A DNA stretch of 64,000 nt from Balanoglossus misakiensis. Lineage: Eukaryota; Animalia; Hemichordata. Shown here in pieces: positions 10,559 through 28,920 of this stretch (its first letter is position 1; each line of letters opens with the position of its first letter). The translations under genes and the position numbers were made by a program. The stretch spans positions 8,975,519 to 9,039,518 of the forward strand of contig CM082578.2 in the NCBI GenBank assembly GCA_040954595.2. The letters run 5' to 3'. The notes beneath the pieces were generated by a model that was not told where the DNA came from, made no database searches, and saw nothing but the letters and a program-made list of their open reading frames with translations.

Positions 10559-12259
10559 ATGATGAAACGTGCTCCACGGCTTTTTTGTGCAGTTTTAGTG
10601 GCTACCTTGATGGTAGGGACGGACGGGCTGGAGACAACATCAGTGCCTTCTGGGGTGAGTTAATATGTAAACACTGCCGATGTCTGTGTCCACTACATCA
10701 AAGAGAACGGAGCTTTGGACTGAAATACATATCGTCACATTTAATAATTAGGATACGTTACTTTCAGTGACAGAGAGTTTCCCCGCAATATATGCACATA
10801 CAATGAACTTGTATATGTTAAAATATTTTCGCAAATATCGTGTCCGTTCTTGACAACTTACAGAAAAGAAATCACTAGCATAATCTAAAGATCATATGCG
10901 TAAATGCAGGTTGTAGGTATCAGCTGGTACTGCTACGCCAAGCCAAATTACAAACAGACAATGATCTTACTTATTCTACGTAGCCCATATTGTATATTTT
11001 GATTCGTGAAAAAATGATCATGTCATTTTCAATTTGTAGCCAGAGTCTCGTGGTTGCAATTCGTGTTGTGGCGTGTGCCCTGCTGGAATACCAGGCATTC
11101 CTGGTACCCAAGGACATTCTGGTACTCCTGGTGTTCCCGGACGAGACGGACGCGATGGGTCGAAAGGGGAAAAGGGTGATACAGGACCACCAGGAAACAC
11201 CGTTGTTCATTCCTCCCACCACATCAGACAGTGTTCATGGAGTAACATCGACGACGGCCGCGAGAGTGGCATCATTAAGGTAATTGCACAGTAAAAGCAT
11301 TTGAAATGTAAATAAAAATAGCCTTCTGCAGATTTCAACTGTTCATGACTTTTAGAAACATTTGGAAATTTTATTGTATTTGCTATTTTACCTTTTTACA
11401 GGAGTGTGAATTCAACAAACGGTCCAACACTACTGCACTTCGTGTCCTGTGGAACGGTAATTTACGCACACTACCAACGTCAGGACCAGCCTGTAATAGA
11501 TGGTACTTCACATTCGATGGAGAGGAGTGTCTGGACCAAATGCCAATAGAAGGTGCCATCTACAGCAATAGTGATGGAAATCGCCTCCGCGTAGGTTCAA
11601 GTAAGAATGAAAGTTGCAATTCTATGCATGTTGCACAATAGAAGCTCATTTCACATTAGCTTCCATGCCATACTTTCGCAATCAAACATGTCCATATATA
11701 TGAGTGACGTTTAACGAAACTGGCGCAGGTTTTCATATAGTATACATGTATATGAAATATATAATATATAAAATCTGCAGAGTTAGCTAATTAATTGAAT
11801 CTCTCTAAATGTCCTGTGGTCCTATTTAGAATATATATAGAACTTATGATACGAAAAAAAGTACCAAAACATATATCATGTTTATTCGGTATAATCACAA
11901 GTAAATGTAAAATGCCCTAATTAATATATTCAAATGACGTTATCATATCATGCAGTTTGTTGTCCGAGTAAAACTTGTAATTTCATAGTAGAACTATATT
12001 TAGTACTGAGTAATTCACAGCTTCCAAGGTCTTTCTTGAACAGAAGAAATGAGTTCCCAAGAGGGTTATGTATTTATCACCTTATTTTCCATGTTATTGC
12101 TTTCCAGTTGAGGGAATGTGCTTCGGTATTAGTGCTGGTCGAATCAAAGTGGAATTCCGTATTTCAGAATGTGACGGCGGCTACTCAACGGGTAACGCAT
12201 TTACAGGATGGAATTCTGTATCTCGAATCGTCATTGAGGAAATTGATGCGACAAATTAA
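10559..12259 (+). CDS. CTHRC1: CTHRC1-like copy 2 (13 Gly-X-Y), 228 aa
   Basis: Exons 10559-10654 ([32 protein letters not shown]), 11040-11279, 11402-11600, 12108-12259; same phases as copy 1, no stops. Confidence 0.93.
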
Positions 12260-13392
12260 ACTCAAAACAACGACTATAACACCTGATGTACCTTTATTCT
12301 ATAGGTAACTCGTATGAAAGCATTTTATCTAGTTATCTGTATCATTCGTGTCATTTTCAAAATAATATGTTTATTTGACACAGTTTATGTACGCTTGAAA
12401 ATAGATTCCGATTAAATAACCAATTCTCCTGCAAAGCAGTCTGTTATATTTGTTATTCTGTGATCATGGACATTAAGCTGGGTGTGCATGCGAATGGTTA
12501 TCTGTCCATCCAATACTCCTATGGGAATTGTGATAAGCTGAACACAACAGTCACCAGCACATTATATACCGTATTTCGTTGCGTCAGCGCTCATGGTCTG
12601 GACCATGTCATGGTCTTTAAAGGTTGGGTGTATTAAAAATTAGCACACTCATTTACATATCTCAGCTGAGGAAATTCGTGCGAGTGACTGTCTTAATTGA
12701 TAGAATGGAAAAACTGCAAAGGGGTAAATTAAACAGGAAAGGCCATCGTAAGGCATGTTCGATGTGAAGTATTTTCTGAGGACTACAAACTTATTCTTTT
12801 GATACTTTTGAGTATCATTTAAATATTTCGTAAAACTGAATTCTATAGTGTAAAAACGCGAGAAAGAAAGCATCACACTTCCTATTCTTGAGGGCGCAAG
12901 TTAGTTTCACGGAGAATATTTTTTATGTGAGGGCGCAATTATCTATTTTGCATAGCAAACTCTTTCAGCTGGTGTGAGGCGACAGCATACGTCGCCGTAC
13001 CCTACATCTGATTTTAATCAGATTGGGAAAAACTGTTGGACACAACGGTTTTATAATTGAAGAAAAGTTTCAAAATCCACACCGATGAAATTAATCACTA
13101 TTTATGGACATGCTATGGACAAGTTTATTAACAAAACAAACATCAGCAGTACATGTTCTCGGTAGGAGAATCATGGCAAATGTGTACAAAGTGAGAGTGT
13201 CTTCGAGCGGTCGTCACATGCACAAGATAAGATGCACAAGATATGTAAAATCAACAAAGAAAAATGTGGAAAGTCATATATGTGCTCTTGTATGACATAT
13301 AGTGGTCATTTAAAAAGTGTTTTGGTCGTTAAAACGCTCTATCAAATGGTAGTTGATTGAAACCGTGCGTGTTCATGAGCAATGTGTGGTTA

Positions 13393-13535
13393 CAGTCTCG
13401 CTCCCAGACCGGACCTCGTCGCTTCGCTAGTGTGGAACTGGCGGTATGACTAGGCGAGGGGCTCAGCGACGAGCCCGAGTCGCGAAGGTCAGTCGCCATT
13501 CATGTCCTACCGCCCGAGGTCTGAAATAGAGTTTA
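13393..13535. mobile_element. Short GC-rich MITE-like insertion
   Basis: Imperfect inverted ends (agtctcgctcccagacc ... ggtctgaaatagagtt). It interrupts sequence that is continuous in the homologous upstream region of copy 1 (~5140-5185). Confidence 0.55.
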
Positions 13536-13562
13536 TAGGTGTTGTATTGGTAAACCAACCAA

Positions 13563-14495
13563 ATTTGCTGGAGAGGGTTTCCACTAAATATATCTTTATA
13601 GAGGTTTTCTTCTTTCTTTTCTACGAGGTGATTTTAAATGTTTAAATGACCACAGTTCACACGAAAGTTAAAATTGACCTTTCACGACCATTGTTCAGCG
13701 TTGTTATTCAGGCATACACTGTAGAATGTTATCATAATATCGCATTTCCTTCCCTAAATACTATAGTTGCATATAAATACATCTATTGCCGTTTACAACC
13801 AGCATTTTCCATCTAAAACAAGCAAAACCTATTCAGATGTTTTGAAGGTTTTTTTTATGTATAACATGGATAGACAAGCGGTGGAGGAAAAAGCTGAAGT
13901 TTAAGACAACATGCAACCAGAGCACGATTGGAACTATTTGGGGATAATTGCATGACAAAACAGTGTAAAACTCTAAGCACATATACATGGCCTACGCACT
14001 CGCCATATATATCATTTTAGTTTTCTTTGGTAGAAATGCCACATTATCTCCTTGTACACAGAATACTCATCCTTTTATCGTCGTTTCCACCCTGCCTTAC
14101 AGCTTGTCTCCCCGTAGTGTCATCGCTAGCTACTTGCAAGTACACAGACCTTTGCTGGAGATGGTTTCCACTTCACATCTTAGAGGTTTATTTGGTGATT
14201 ACTAGGTGTTTTTTTTACAATTTTAAATGGCCACAGTACACACGAAAGTTAAAATTGACCTTTCACGACAATTGTTCAGCGTTGTTATTCAGGCATACAC
14301 TGTAGAATGTTATCATAATAATAGCGCACTTCCTTCCATAAACACTATAGTTGCATTTATTAGATGCATCCACTACCTTTTATAACCAGCATTTTCCATC
14401 TAAAAACAAGCAAAACCTATTCAGATGTTTTGAAGTTTTTTTTCTCTATGTATAACAGGCAAAAGATGCAGGCAAAAGCCGAGGTCAAAACAACA
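13563..14495 (+). repeat. Local direct duplication (~330 bp, ~580 bp period) upstream of CTHRC1 copy 3
   Basis: ccacagt.cacacgaaagttaaaattgacctttcacgac.attgttcagcgttgttattcaggcatacactgtagaatgttatcataat...ccagcattttccatctaaaacaagcaaaacctattcagatgttttgaag occurs at ~13650-13850 and ~14230-14435. Confidence 0.9.
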
Positions 14496-14593
14496 AGAAA
14501 CCAACGTGGGTATGACATTAACGGGCAGTCATGTTATAGCTTGTGTGTGTGTTTGACATGATTTACATATTGAGGCGAAACATAGTTTTTCAA

Positions 14594-14627
14594 TGAAGTG
14601 TCCGCTCAAAAAAATATAAATGCGGTT
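14594..14627 (+). promoter_or_regulatory. Conserved TATA-box core promoter of CTHRC1 copy 3
   Basis: TATAAA at 14615-14620 in the same conserved block, ~48 bp upstream of the ATG. Confidence 0.55.
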
Positions 14628-14667
14628 GTGGATGTGCGTAGTTGATATGCTGTTTTCTCACACTGCA

Positions 14668-16452
<1,785 letters not shown>

Positions 16453-16631
16453 ACTCAAAACAACACAGTTATTCATTTATCTGTATCATTCCTGTCATTA
16501 TTGAAGTAATTATGTATAATTCACGCAATATGTATGCTTGAAAATTGATTACGATAAAATAACAATCCTCCTGAAAAGCAGTGTGTCATTAATTTTACCT
16601 GGCGTGATAGCAAGGTAATGCCATCGCCCCC

Positions 16632-16633
<2 letters not shown>

Positions 16634-16705
<72 letters not shown>
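16634..16705. repeat. (TG)n microsatellite
   Basis: Perfect dinucleotide run. Confidence 0.98.
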
Positions 16706-16707
<2 letters not shown>

Positions 16708-17305
16708 GAAATGGTTAGTTTTTGGTGACAGCGGGCAGCGAATTAAGCAACCTATAAACAAAAGAAAATTCGACGTCATGCAGTCCTACGAGGATAGTGT
16801 CAAGACTCTGTGCTAAGGCGACTCACTCTGCCGGCTCCATAGACCCCCAACAATGATGTAAACAAAAACAAAACGAACTCGGCAAATCGATCTTCCGCAA
16901 ATGTTCGAAAAGAATACCGCTATTCTAAGGACAACGAACTTAATTTCGTTGAGATTTATTTTCCTTCCTTTGAGTATCATTTAAATATTTGGTAAAACTG
17001 AACTCTATTGTGTAAAAAGAAAGAACGCCTCAAACTTCCTATTCTTGAGGGCGTAGTTATCTGGTTATAACTCATGATATGCTAACATACACATAAATTC
17101 GACGGGTCTTTAAATATTGACTTCAATTCTCAAAGATATTCTAAAACTTCCATGTTGTCGTGCTAATATGAAAAGGCCCAGGATAGTTCAAGACACTCGG
17201 AGTTGAACGCCGTCCGATATTTCTCATGGCCTGATCACGTGATTAATGAGATGCGTGACGTCCTCACTCTGCAAAGGTCTTGTGTCTGCGATAGTTATTC
17301 CCACT

Positions 17306-19502
<2,197 letters not shown>

Positions 19503-20128
19503 ATATGACAGGATCGCCGTCTTCTCTCTCGGTGCACGGCCGATACACGCCAGAGCGCATTTGCATGAGTGTGGTAGAAGAAAGTAGTTTGTTTGATTTT
19601 TCTTATCGTCTACTCTTTTCATTTCATGGTGTGTTTGTGTTTGTGCTTTTTGTCTGCAGCACAAGCTTACATGCATAGCAGTTGTAGACTTGACGCGACT
19701 AGCTTTCCATCATATACATGTACATGTAATCTTATGTTGTTTATTTGGAAGCGACTTCTGACAAGACAAATTTAACCTTGTAAACTGCATAATAAAAAAG
19801 TGTATGAACGCAACAGGTTCAGTTTTATGGTTAATCTGTTGTGTTTGGTCAAAGCAACAGACAGTCTCTCCAGTGGCCATACCTGCGCATACAGTGTAAC
19901 ATTTCAGATTGGTGACTTGACGTCATGTGAACCCTTTTATAAAAAAAAATATCTCGCGATTGCGCATGTTGAAAACAAACAAGTTTTCCTCGTGTTGACC
20001 TGCGCGTGCGCTCACCGCGCCAAGCTGTGGAAATTTAAGACATCGGTGTGACGTGACCACGGGAGTGTCCTGACAACGCCAATAATTTTTGCTGTTGATG
20101 TTGGTTATATCCACAACTCTGTACAACA

Positions 20129-22703
<2,575 letters not shown>

Positions 22704-23246
22704 GCGACCGGAGCGTCCATGCAGGAGATATCACGCGCTCTGTCAGATGACGTCTCTGCCTCTTCATACGTATTGCTGACGTCATGATATTACATGTTTT
22801 CTTTTAATTCAGTGCATTCCATTTCATTTCGAATCAATTTATTCAAATCTTCTTCTTCATCCCCGAATTGAGCAAATTTAAATGGTATTGTGTGTCGTGT
22901 CTGTGCAAGTACTAGTTCACCAAACCATAGTAACCAAACACACACTCACTCATGAGAATCAAGAAACACAATATGCAGAAACAGCACTAATAACTTAACA
23001 CATAATTTAATATCCACATTGTGGTTGAAAATAAAAAAAGAAAGTTCGCCCAGGCACTTAAAGACTCCAATAATTAGAATAATACGTGAACTATACAAGA
23101 TAAGATTGAGTTAGTGTTTTTGAGCACCTGTCCTGTTGATTGTAAAACGTAACAGTGATTTCTTTGTGGCACACCGTTTTTTTAGGACCAATCACAATTG
23201 CAACAATTTTGTCCTGTGAATGTGAATTTTTGACTAATAGATTTTG

Positions 23247-23318
23247 CAACCAACCAACTAACCAACCAACCAACCAACCAACCAACCAACCAACCAACCA
23301 ACCAACCAACCAACCAAC
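23247..23318. repeat. (CCAA)n microsatellite
   Basis: Directly visible. Confidence 0.97.
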
Positions 23319-25903
23319 AAACGAAGGACAATGTTAAAACGCTTTCAATGCCAACAAATAAAATATGTTCATGTGTATTACCATTACTAAACTTCGTATG
23401 AACATTGGGAAACTTATAAAGTGCACTCCCGTGTCTATCCATATTATTTGTACAAATCTTTACCAGTTATCGCACGTGCCCAATAACACAACTGATATCA
23501 ATATATGCATCTAAAGTTTGATTTCTTTGCCGAATCGGAAGAGTTCAATTTGGAGATTTCATACCCTGATACAATACCCAGAGTTTGCATTTTAAACGTC
23601 AGATGTGAGAAAAACACGTGTAATGACATGTCGAGAGTCATAAACTTGTAAAAATTCCCGGTAATGACGACCGGATTGGAAAGAAATAGTCAATTGTCAA
23701 CTCTGAAGAAAGAACGTGTGAAATACCCCCCCCCCCCCCCCCCCCCCCAATATCCGGGACGGAAGACAACACACTGTTTGCTATGATCAATTTTCAGCCT
23801 CCGGTAAAGTGTGAAGTGTCCCTCAACTCAAATTTGTTCACATACCTCATGAAAGAAGCCCTGAATTTTAGTTTGTGCCTGGACCGACGAACTACCGAGA
23901 TATAATTATTATCTGTGACAGTTGTCTGAAATTAACAACGGCTACATTTAGTAGAATAAGTAAATCATTGGTTCGGACACACCTTCACACGGGGGGGGGG
24001 GACTATTGAGGGGCTGTGGTTACAGGTGTACATCTGGGGCAGCTCTCACCCTTAGACGTGGGACCGTGCTTGGCAAAAGACTCTGATAATCTTATAAAAT
24101 GGGTAATGGTTACATACAGAGAGTCCCTAGTGACTGTTGGTCAAACTATACCGCGTACGGCACTCGTTATGCGGTATTTGTTAACCTTGCGGTGCGCCCT
24201 TATCATGCTCGACCTGCAGCCGAGGTTAAAAGTGAAAGAGTCCATTAAAATAAGATTCAGACAGTCCTGCCAATCTGATTTGCTGTCCCCTCGTGACGCG
24301 TCACCAGTTTTCATTGTCGAACAATGGCAACCAGTGGTCGACAATGGACAGCGCCGCCCACTGCTAACACCAAACCCATGCAAATGAGAGGTCTCGACCC
24401 GTTTATACAGGTATTGAAATAGAAAGCTGTTGTGGCGTCCTCGCTCTTCAAGCAACGTTAAGCCAAGGACAGTTGATCGTACGAATGACGTCTTAACCCA
24501 AGTTTGAGATCAAGGTGAAGTAAGTATGCTCAGTATCACTGCACCTGCATTTCAATAAGTGCTATACCTGTCTATGTTGACTAGTTACCTTCGCGGCTTG
24601 CAGAAGAAGATAATGGTGAATGCATCGACCTGGTGGGGAGACGTGACCCACTAGTGCCACCTTATACTTTCAACGACAACAATGTTACTTGGCGCCCTAT
24701 TGAGAGACGCACCTTTTCAGCGCAGGTAAAATTGGGTCGCCCTGTCTGTTGTACTTAATGAAACCAAAGAAATTTGACGTAAAGCAAAAGAGCCAGTAGA
24801 GATTGATAAAAAATATAGACCAAGTGTTTACTTTTTCAAAAAGGTCGCGCGGAATGGAGAAGTGGTGGCGGTGTCAGGTCACAAAAAGTCCTCTGACTTG
24901 CATGATTGCTCGTGAGCTATGGGAATTATGCTTTCCCGCTTTACAATTGCCTATTGCATTGTCTTCCAAAAAAATTCGAGTGTTGCCTTCAACAATATGT
25001 ATACGAGGTTACAAGCTACTTTTTTTTTCTTTTCATCTGAAATATATCCCCTCGCCGTATAAATTACCCCGACTGTTATTTACCTAAATGTCAAACTAGT
25101 ACTGTAAAGGCCGCGACTGTCGTTTTAAATATTTTGCGTTTGTCAGTTTTACGAGCTCGAGGTGACATCTCAAATACCTGCGACGTGCATGAAGTGACCC
25201 ATATCCGTCGGACTATAGTGTCTTTCAAATGTTCAAGGTTGGAGACTATTTGCATTTTGACACCGCCAGTTTGACTGCCCACAGTAACGCAGCTTCGCTA
25301 TATAAAATTTCAATGCTCTTTGCCCCCCCCCCCCCCCCCGCATTGTACTAAACTGTACGGATCTTCCAAGAACGGGAAATACTGCATGCATAAAAACACA
25401 GCCAGTTATGGGTGAAGACCTGTGGTTTGGTCAACTAAGGGCAGCAACAACAACAACAATGACGACGACGATGACAACAGGAATAAAAACAAAAGCAATA
25501 ATAACGAATTATATAATTATCATAACCGGAAAAATAATGGGTTAGATTAATTGTAGCGAAAATTTCACTTCAGGTGTATTTTGGTCGTGACGAAAAATTG
25601 TGGGAATAAATTTGCAAATACACATTTAAGAAGGGCTTGAAATAAGTAAATATGGTGTTTATTTTTCTAATGTGCATGCGCGAACGGTGAATTACCTTCC
25701 AAGTAGAATCCCATATTTGAAGAGTTGTTGTATATGATGGGGACTGTTGTTATTGCGAACAAACGATTCCCAAATGGGCGCAATTCATGAAACCCATCCA
25801 TGGAAGACCTCGTATCACACTTCAATCAGCAAACACCACCATTGAACAACAGTTGAATTTCTTAATAATTTTTTTTTCTATCATCCTCTTTCCATAGATA
25901 ACC

Positions 25904-28900
25904 ATGGCGGATGTAACCACGGGGGTGACGCCCAACTGGACGACTGAGAACAGTTCGCTGGACGCATCGCCGCCGGGCATGGATCCCTACAAGAAGAGAC
26001 TGCTCGCAGCGAACCAGGCGTGCATCACCATAGCCCTGATCACAATCATGATCGGCATGGGATGCACTATGACTCTCAAGGAAATATGGAAGAATCTGAG
26101 ACGGCCATCCGGGATAGTCATCGGTGTAGCCTGCCAGTTTGTCCTGATGCCTTTCCTCGGTTGGACCATCGCGCAGCTCTTCCAACTGTCGCCGGGTCTG
26201 GCTCTGGGAACACTCGCCATTGCCACGTGTCCCGGGGGCACACTGTCCAACATATTTACCTTCTGGACGGACGGGGACACGTGTCTAAGGTAACTAAGTA
26301 AATTTGATCTACGGTGGAAGCTGCCACACGCGGGGCAGGGTTAATTACTATTTTCGAAACACCTGACGTCACTTCCTGGTTCTTTTTTGCCGGAAGATCA
26401 AATACTGGTATCTTTCTTTCACGTACTCGACTTTGTTCTGCAGTAGTCTGTTGTCCCTATAATGTGACTAATTCTGCCATGGGTCTCCTTGCAGTGTCTG
26501 CATGACGACGTGTTCCACCATCATTGGTATTGCGATGATGCCGCTGAACCTGTTCATCTACAGTCGCACCTGGGCGGAGGCCGCCGCCATCATTCCCTAC
26601 GTGGATATCATCATCGCACTGGTCATAATCCTTTTCCCAGCCGCCCTGGGAATGCTTATTCATTGGAAGTTAAACAAGTGGGCCGATTTAATCGCTAAAG
26701 TGAGTGTATACAGTAAGATGGCTGTTTTTTATACGAGCATGGCCTCACCCTTATTCCAACTTGAATTTGTAATTATTTCTACAAGTTTAGGGTGTTCAAA
26801 GAGTTATATGATTACATGTAAAACATAGCACAAGTGGATTTTCTGTACAATCATCGGGTTTATAATTAAGTGATAAAGACACATTAACCATTGGGGTATA
26901 TATTGATAAATGTTTAAATTAGCGGCATCTTTCATGGCCCAATTCACATACCTAGCTAAATTATCTAAAATAATAGCCACAAAGTCGTACGTGTGCAGTA
27001 CAACCATGTACCGTGGTTCTTTATTGTCTTGAAAGAAAAGTCCAAGTGAACTTACCGACTTATAATGTGTATTCAGAAAATAAAGCCTGAAATTATTCTT
27101 CATGACCAAAAATGCTGCTTGTTTGAAATTTTGTTGAAATCCAACCTATTATTATTTATTATTTTTATATAATTCTTTATTTAATTCATATTATCATTAT
27201 TATTATTGCACAGATATGCAGTGTGGTTGCTGTGTGTTTTATCTTCATCGTCCTCATTCTGGTCGCCGTAGCCAACCCAAAACTCTATTTGTCATCGTGG
27301 AAACCTTATATGGTCGCCTTTATTTACCCACTCTGCTCGTTCGGATCCGGCTACCTGGTGCCACATCTGTTTCGCATGCCACCGGCCCAGGCGCGCACCG
27401 TGGCGTTCGAGACCGGCGTTCAAAACGGCGCCTTGGCCCTGACCATCATCAATCTGCTGATGGTGCGCGGCATCGGCGATCCGGAAATGGCCGTGGTCCC
27501 GACGCTCCACACGTTGTTCGTCGTTACCGAGGGCCTGTTCCTCGTGGGCGTCTACAAGCTCTACGTCCGACACCGCAAACCGAAGAAAGAGGCGTACACA
27601 GCGGAGACGAAGACGGACGACAAAGTCAAAGTTGCAGACGGCGGAGACGACGAATGGACCTGGACAGGCGAGCGACGTCATAACGGCGGCATCGCTAATC
27701 CAGCGCTCGACTACGGTAATGAGATGACACCCGTGCCCGATGGTCATTCCTCGGACCACGTGCACGTCATCCCAGAAAACAGGGACGGGGCGGACGACCG
27801 GGGAGGCCCGCCGTACGGAGACAGACGAAATGAACGGAACAATTCAGTGCCGTTGTATGCTAGCCTGAATATGAGAAACTGGTCAGCAGGTCTTGGAAAT
27901 CGCGAGGAGCCTATATCACCACCCGTTCACGATGGTTCTCCCAGATACGTTCCGAACCAGAGAAACCATGCCGGCGACTACGTACCAATCGCTCGTTCAC
28001 GCGGCAACGTCATACGCGATAACGACAATGTGCATTTAACAGACTACCGACCAAATACCAGCCCCAGATATGCAGAACCATTCCAGCAAGACCGGAGCCC
28101 AAGAAGACCGGTGTATGAAATTCAGGGAGTGAATGGGTCTCCTCCCCAGGTGAATTCGAGATACGAGCGCCAAGACAGGCGAGGAAACCGAGACCCTCGG
28201 CGGAAAAGTTCAGAGCAACAAGAGCCCGCACGTTCATCGGGGTACCGCTACCCCGAAGAGTTGAACCCCGCCAGGATGGACGAGAGAACCGGCGCTGTTC
28301 CGCAGCAACGTTTCGAGGATACAGCGTTCAAGTTTCCTCCCGCCACCGAACCGCGCCCCGACATCTACGCGCACGAAGTGAATCGCGATGGGAGAGACGC
28401 TCGGGGCAAGAGGTTTCCGCCGTACGGGGAGACAAGACGACGCGACGGGGAGTATGCCAGTCAGCCCGGGTCAGCTCAGAGCCAACCCGGCGAACCGGAA
28501 GGCTATCCCAGCAACTTGCGATACCAAGAGGACGATCGCGAACCATTCACGGTCCCCAGGCGCTCGCGTTCGGCGTCACATCCCCGACGTCACCACCGTA
28601 GCCCCGCGCACTCGGGTGATGACGGAGGCTATGCACCGCAAAGAGGACGAGGCTACGATGATGACAGGTACCGCCGTGTCAGCGAACAACCCGACGGGAT
28701 AGAGGACTACGACAGGAGACCCCCCAGCTACTGGGAAGTGCAGAATGAACCCCCGTATGCCAACCGACGGGAAAGACAAAACGAAGGAAATCGCTACCGT
28801 GACGAACAAAGTGGAGAACAGCCCCGCGGTCAGTCCTTCAACAGGTTGCCATCGCTACCATCAAACATCCTACAAAATGACGATACTGACACCTTCTACC

Positions 28901-28920
28901 CGAGAAACTATGATTACTGA
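25904..28920 (+). CDS. SLC10-family sodium/bile acid cotransporter-like protein A, ~765 aa with ~450-aa C-terminal tail
   Basis: Exons 25904-26289, 26495-26699, 27214-28920 (phases 2,0). Motifs MIGMGC, GVACQFVLMP, CPGGTLSN, GDTCLSVCMTTCST, MMPLNLFIYSR, RTVAFETGVQN are diagnostic of SLC10A1/A2/A4/A6-like symporters. N-glycosylation sequons NWT and NSS at the N-terminus; an acceptor just before the ATG implies a 5'-UTR intron. Confidence 0.92.

Noticed and set aside
24016-24455. Overlapping 123-aa and 104-aa ORFs upstream of SLC10-A
   Set aside because: No domain similarity; probably promoter or 5'-UTR sequence.
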